Source: a virus
Lineage: Duplodnaviria > Caudoviricetes
IMG/VR virus record: IMGVR_UViG_3300005573_000662
Span: 1-27,216 of that record
Length of the DNA: 27,216 nucleotides
Reading direction: 5' to 3' (one strand)
Numbering within the stretch: the stretch's first letter is position 1; the number at the start of each line of letters is the position of its first letter. Under the pieces are notes generated by a model. The model searched no databases. It saw only the letters and a list, made by a program, of their open reading frames with translations, and was not told the DNA's origin. Shown here piece by piece: positions 26,360-27,216 of this stretch. The translations under genes and the position numbers were made by a program.

Positions 26360-26875
26360 CTACTCATACTTGGCGGGCTTTTCGGGCTTTTCGGGGTCGC
26401 CTGACCCCTCATTTTCGATTTTCTTTCTTCTTTCTTTCTCCAAATCCTCTATGATTCGATGTATAGTCATCACATTTTCGGTGCTTTTGTTCGTTTCGAG
26501 TCTTTCTTTGTCATAGAGTATGGCTATTGCTGATGCAATATCACGTACAGTGCTGTTTTCTACTGGTTTTCTCATGAGTGTTTCGATATATTTTTCTTGC
26601 ACCTGCTGGAACAGGCTTGCTCGTATTTGTGGAAATGAAGAGTATTTTTTGTCTGTATCGAAATATTTCAGGCGGTCAGCTACTGTAGAATATGATATTC
26701 CTAATAGTTTTCCAATCTGCCTGTATGAGAGTCCTTGTTTTCGGAGTTTGATGAGTTTTGATATTGGAACATATTTTTGTTTTTCCTCAGGTATGAGTTC
26801 TTCAGCAGGCAATTGCTCGCCTGTGATTTGTGCAAGAATTCGGTCTTCTTTTTTGATTTTTTTTGTTTTTCCCAT
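26360..26875 (-). CDS. terS: Probable terminase small subunit (HTH)
   Basis: HTH (LRKQGLSYRQIGKLLGISYSTVADRL) and C-terminal AIAILYDKERLETNKSTEN motif typical of TerS; first gene of the packaging operon. Confidence 0.75.
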   Translation of the reverse strand: MGKTKKIKKEDRILAQITGEQLPAEELIPEEKQKYVPISKLIKLRKQGLSYRQIGKLLGISYSTVADRLKYFDTDKKYSSFPQIRASLFQQVQEKYIETLMRKPVENSTVRDIASAIAILYDKERLETNKSTENVMTIHRIIEDLEKERRKKIENEGSGDPEKPEKPAKYE

Positions 26876-26887
26876 GTTCTGTACATA

Positions 26888-26916
26888 TATATATCATATT
26901 ATTTGTTATTGTGCAA
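26888..26916 (-). promoter_or_regulatory. Possible sigma70-like promoter for terS
   Basis: Minus strand TTGCAC-N17-TATATA with a TG extension; the very AT-rich context lowers its significance. Confidence 0.35.
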
Positions 26917-26968
26917 TATTTTTTTTTCATTAAATAAAAAAACTTTTTTGCACCTGATGACATTTTTA

Positions 26969-27143
26969 CCTGTTTTCAGGCTTTCTAAACACGATATAAA
27001 CATCGTACCACCTCAAAAAAATGCCTATTTTTTGATTTGGTGAAGTCGTTTTTGGGAGTTTCAAGCCTGATTTCCTATTTTCAGGCATTTGTAAACACGA
27101 TACAAATATCAGGTCTACCAGAAAAAATGTCTATTTTTTGATT
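26969..27143 (+). repeat. Imperfect ~70-bp direct repeat x 2 in the non-coding region upstream of terS
   Basis: cctgttttcaggctttctaaacacgatataaacatc...aaaaaatgcctattttttgatt versus cctattttcaggcatttgtaaacacgatacaaatatc...aaaaaatgtctattttttgatt, about 105 bp apart. Confidence 0.8.
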
Positions 27144-27216
27144 ACAGGCGGTTGCTTTTTGCAGAGTTTGATTGTTTTTCTTTATTTTACTTATTTGCTA
27201 CATACATATATATATT

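Larger units (their letters stand above)
1..27216 (-). mobile_element. Tailed phage or prophage packaging and morphogenesis region (podovirus-like)
   Basis: Co-oriented, tightly packed minus-strand genes in the order terS, terL, portal, scaffold, capsid, adaptor, nozzle, ejection proteins. No sheath or tape measure gene recognised. No integrase, lysis, replication or host housekeeping genes in the window. Confidence 0.93.

Noticed and set aside
265-27043. All plus-strand ORFs in the track (e.g. 3273..3842, 7264..7683, 22331..22744, 26520..26933)
   Set aside because: Antisense shadows of well-supported minus-strand genes, or low-complexity sequence, with no recognisable motifs.
1-27216. tRNA, rRNA, IS elements, DGR, introns/inteins, stop codon reassignment
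   Set aside because: No such signatures seen by eye; core genes are full length in the standard code.

Overview
AT-rich segment of a tailed-phage (podovirus-like) genome or prophage. All credible genes are on the minus strand and read right to left: terminase small subunit; a non-coding region with a dif-like XerCD site between direct repeats; an accessory block (HExxH protein, small membrane protein, NeuA-like cytidylyltransferase, NeuB-like nonulosonic acid synthase, class IV aminotransferase, pentapeptide protein, hypothetical, Csx20-like putative ring nuclease, radical SAM/SPASM protein); terminase large subunit; P22-like portal; scaffold; N4-gp56-like major capsid; Ser/Thr-rich head proteins; a methyltransferase fused to a Maf/DUF115 domain; adaptor; an apparently split nozzle; repeat-rich ejection proteins; and two signal-peptide-bearing proteins, the last a fibre-like ORF cut by the window edge. 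The best candidate for a new system is a phage-encoded pathway that makes, activates, tailors and transfers a sialic-acid-like sugar, woven into the morphogenesis operon and suggesting virion glycosylation. All family calls come from motif recognition by eye, not from database searches.
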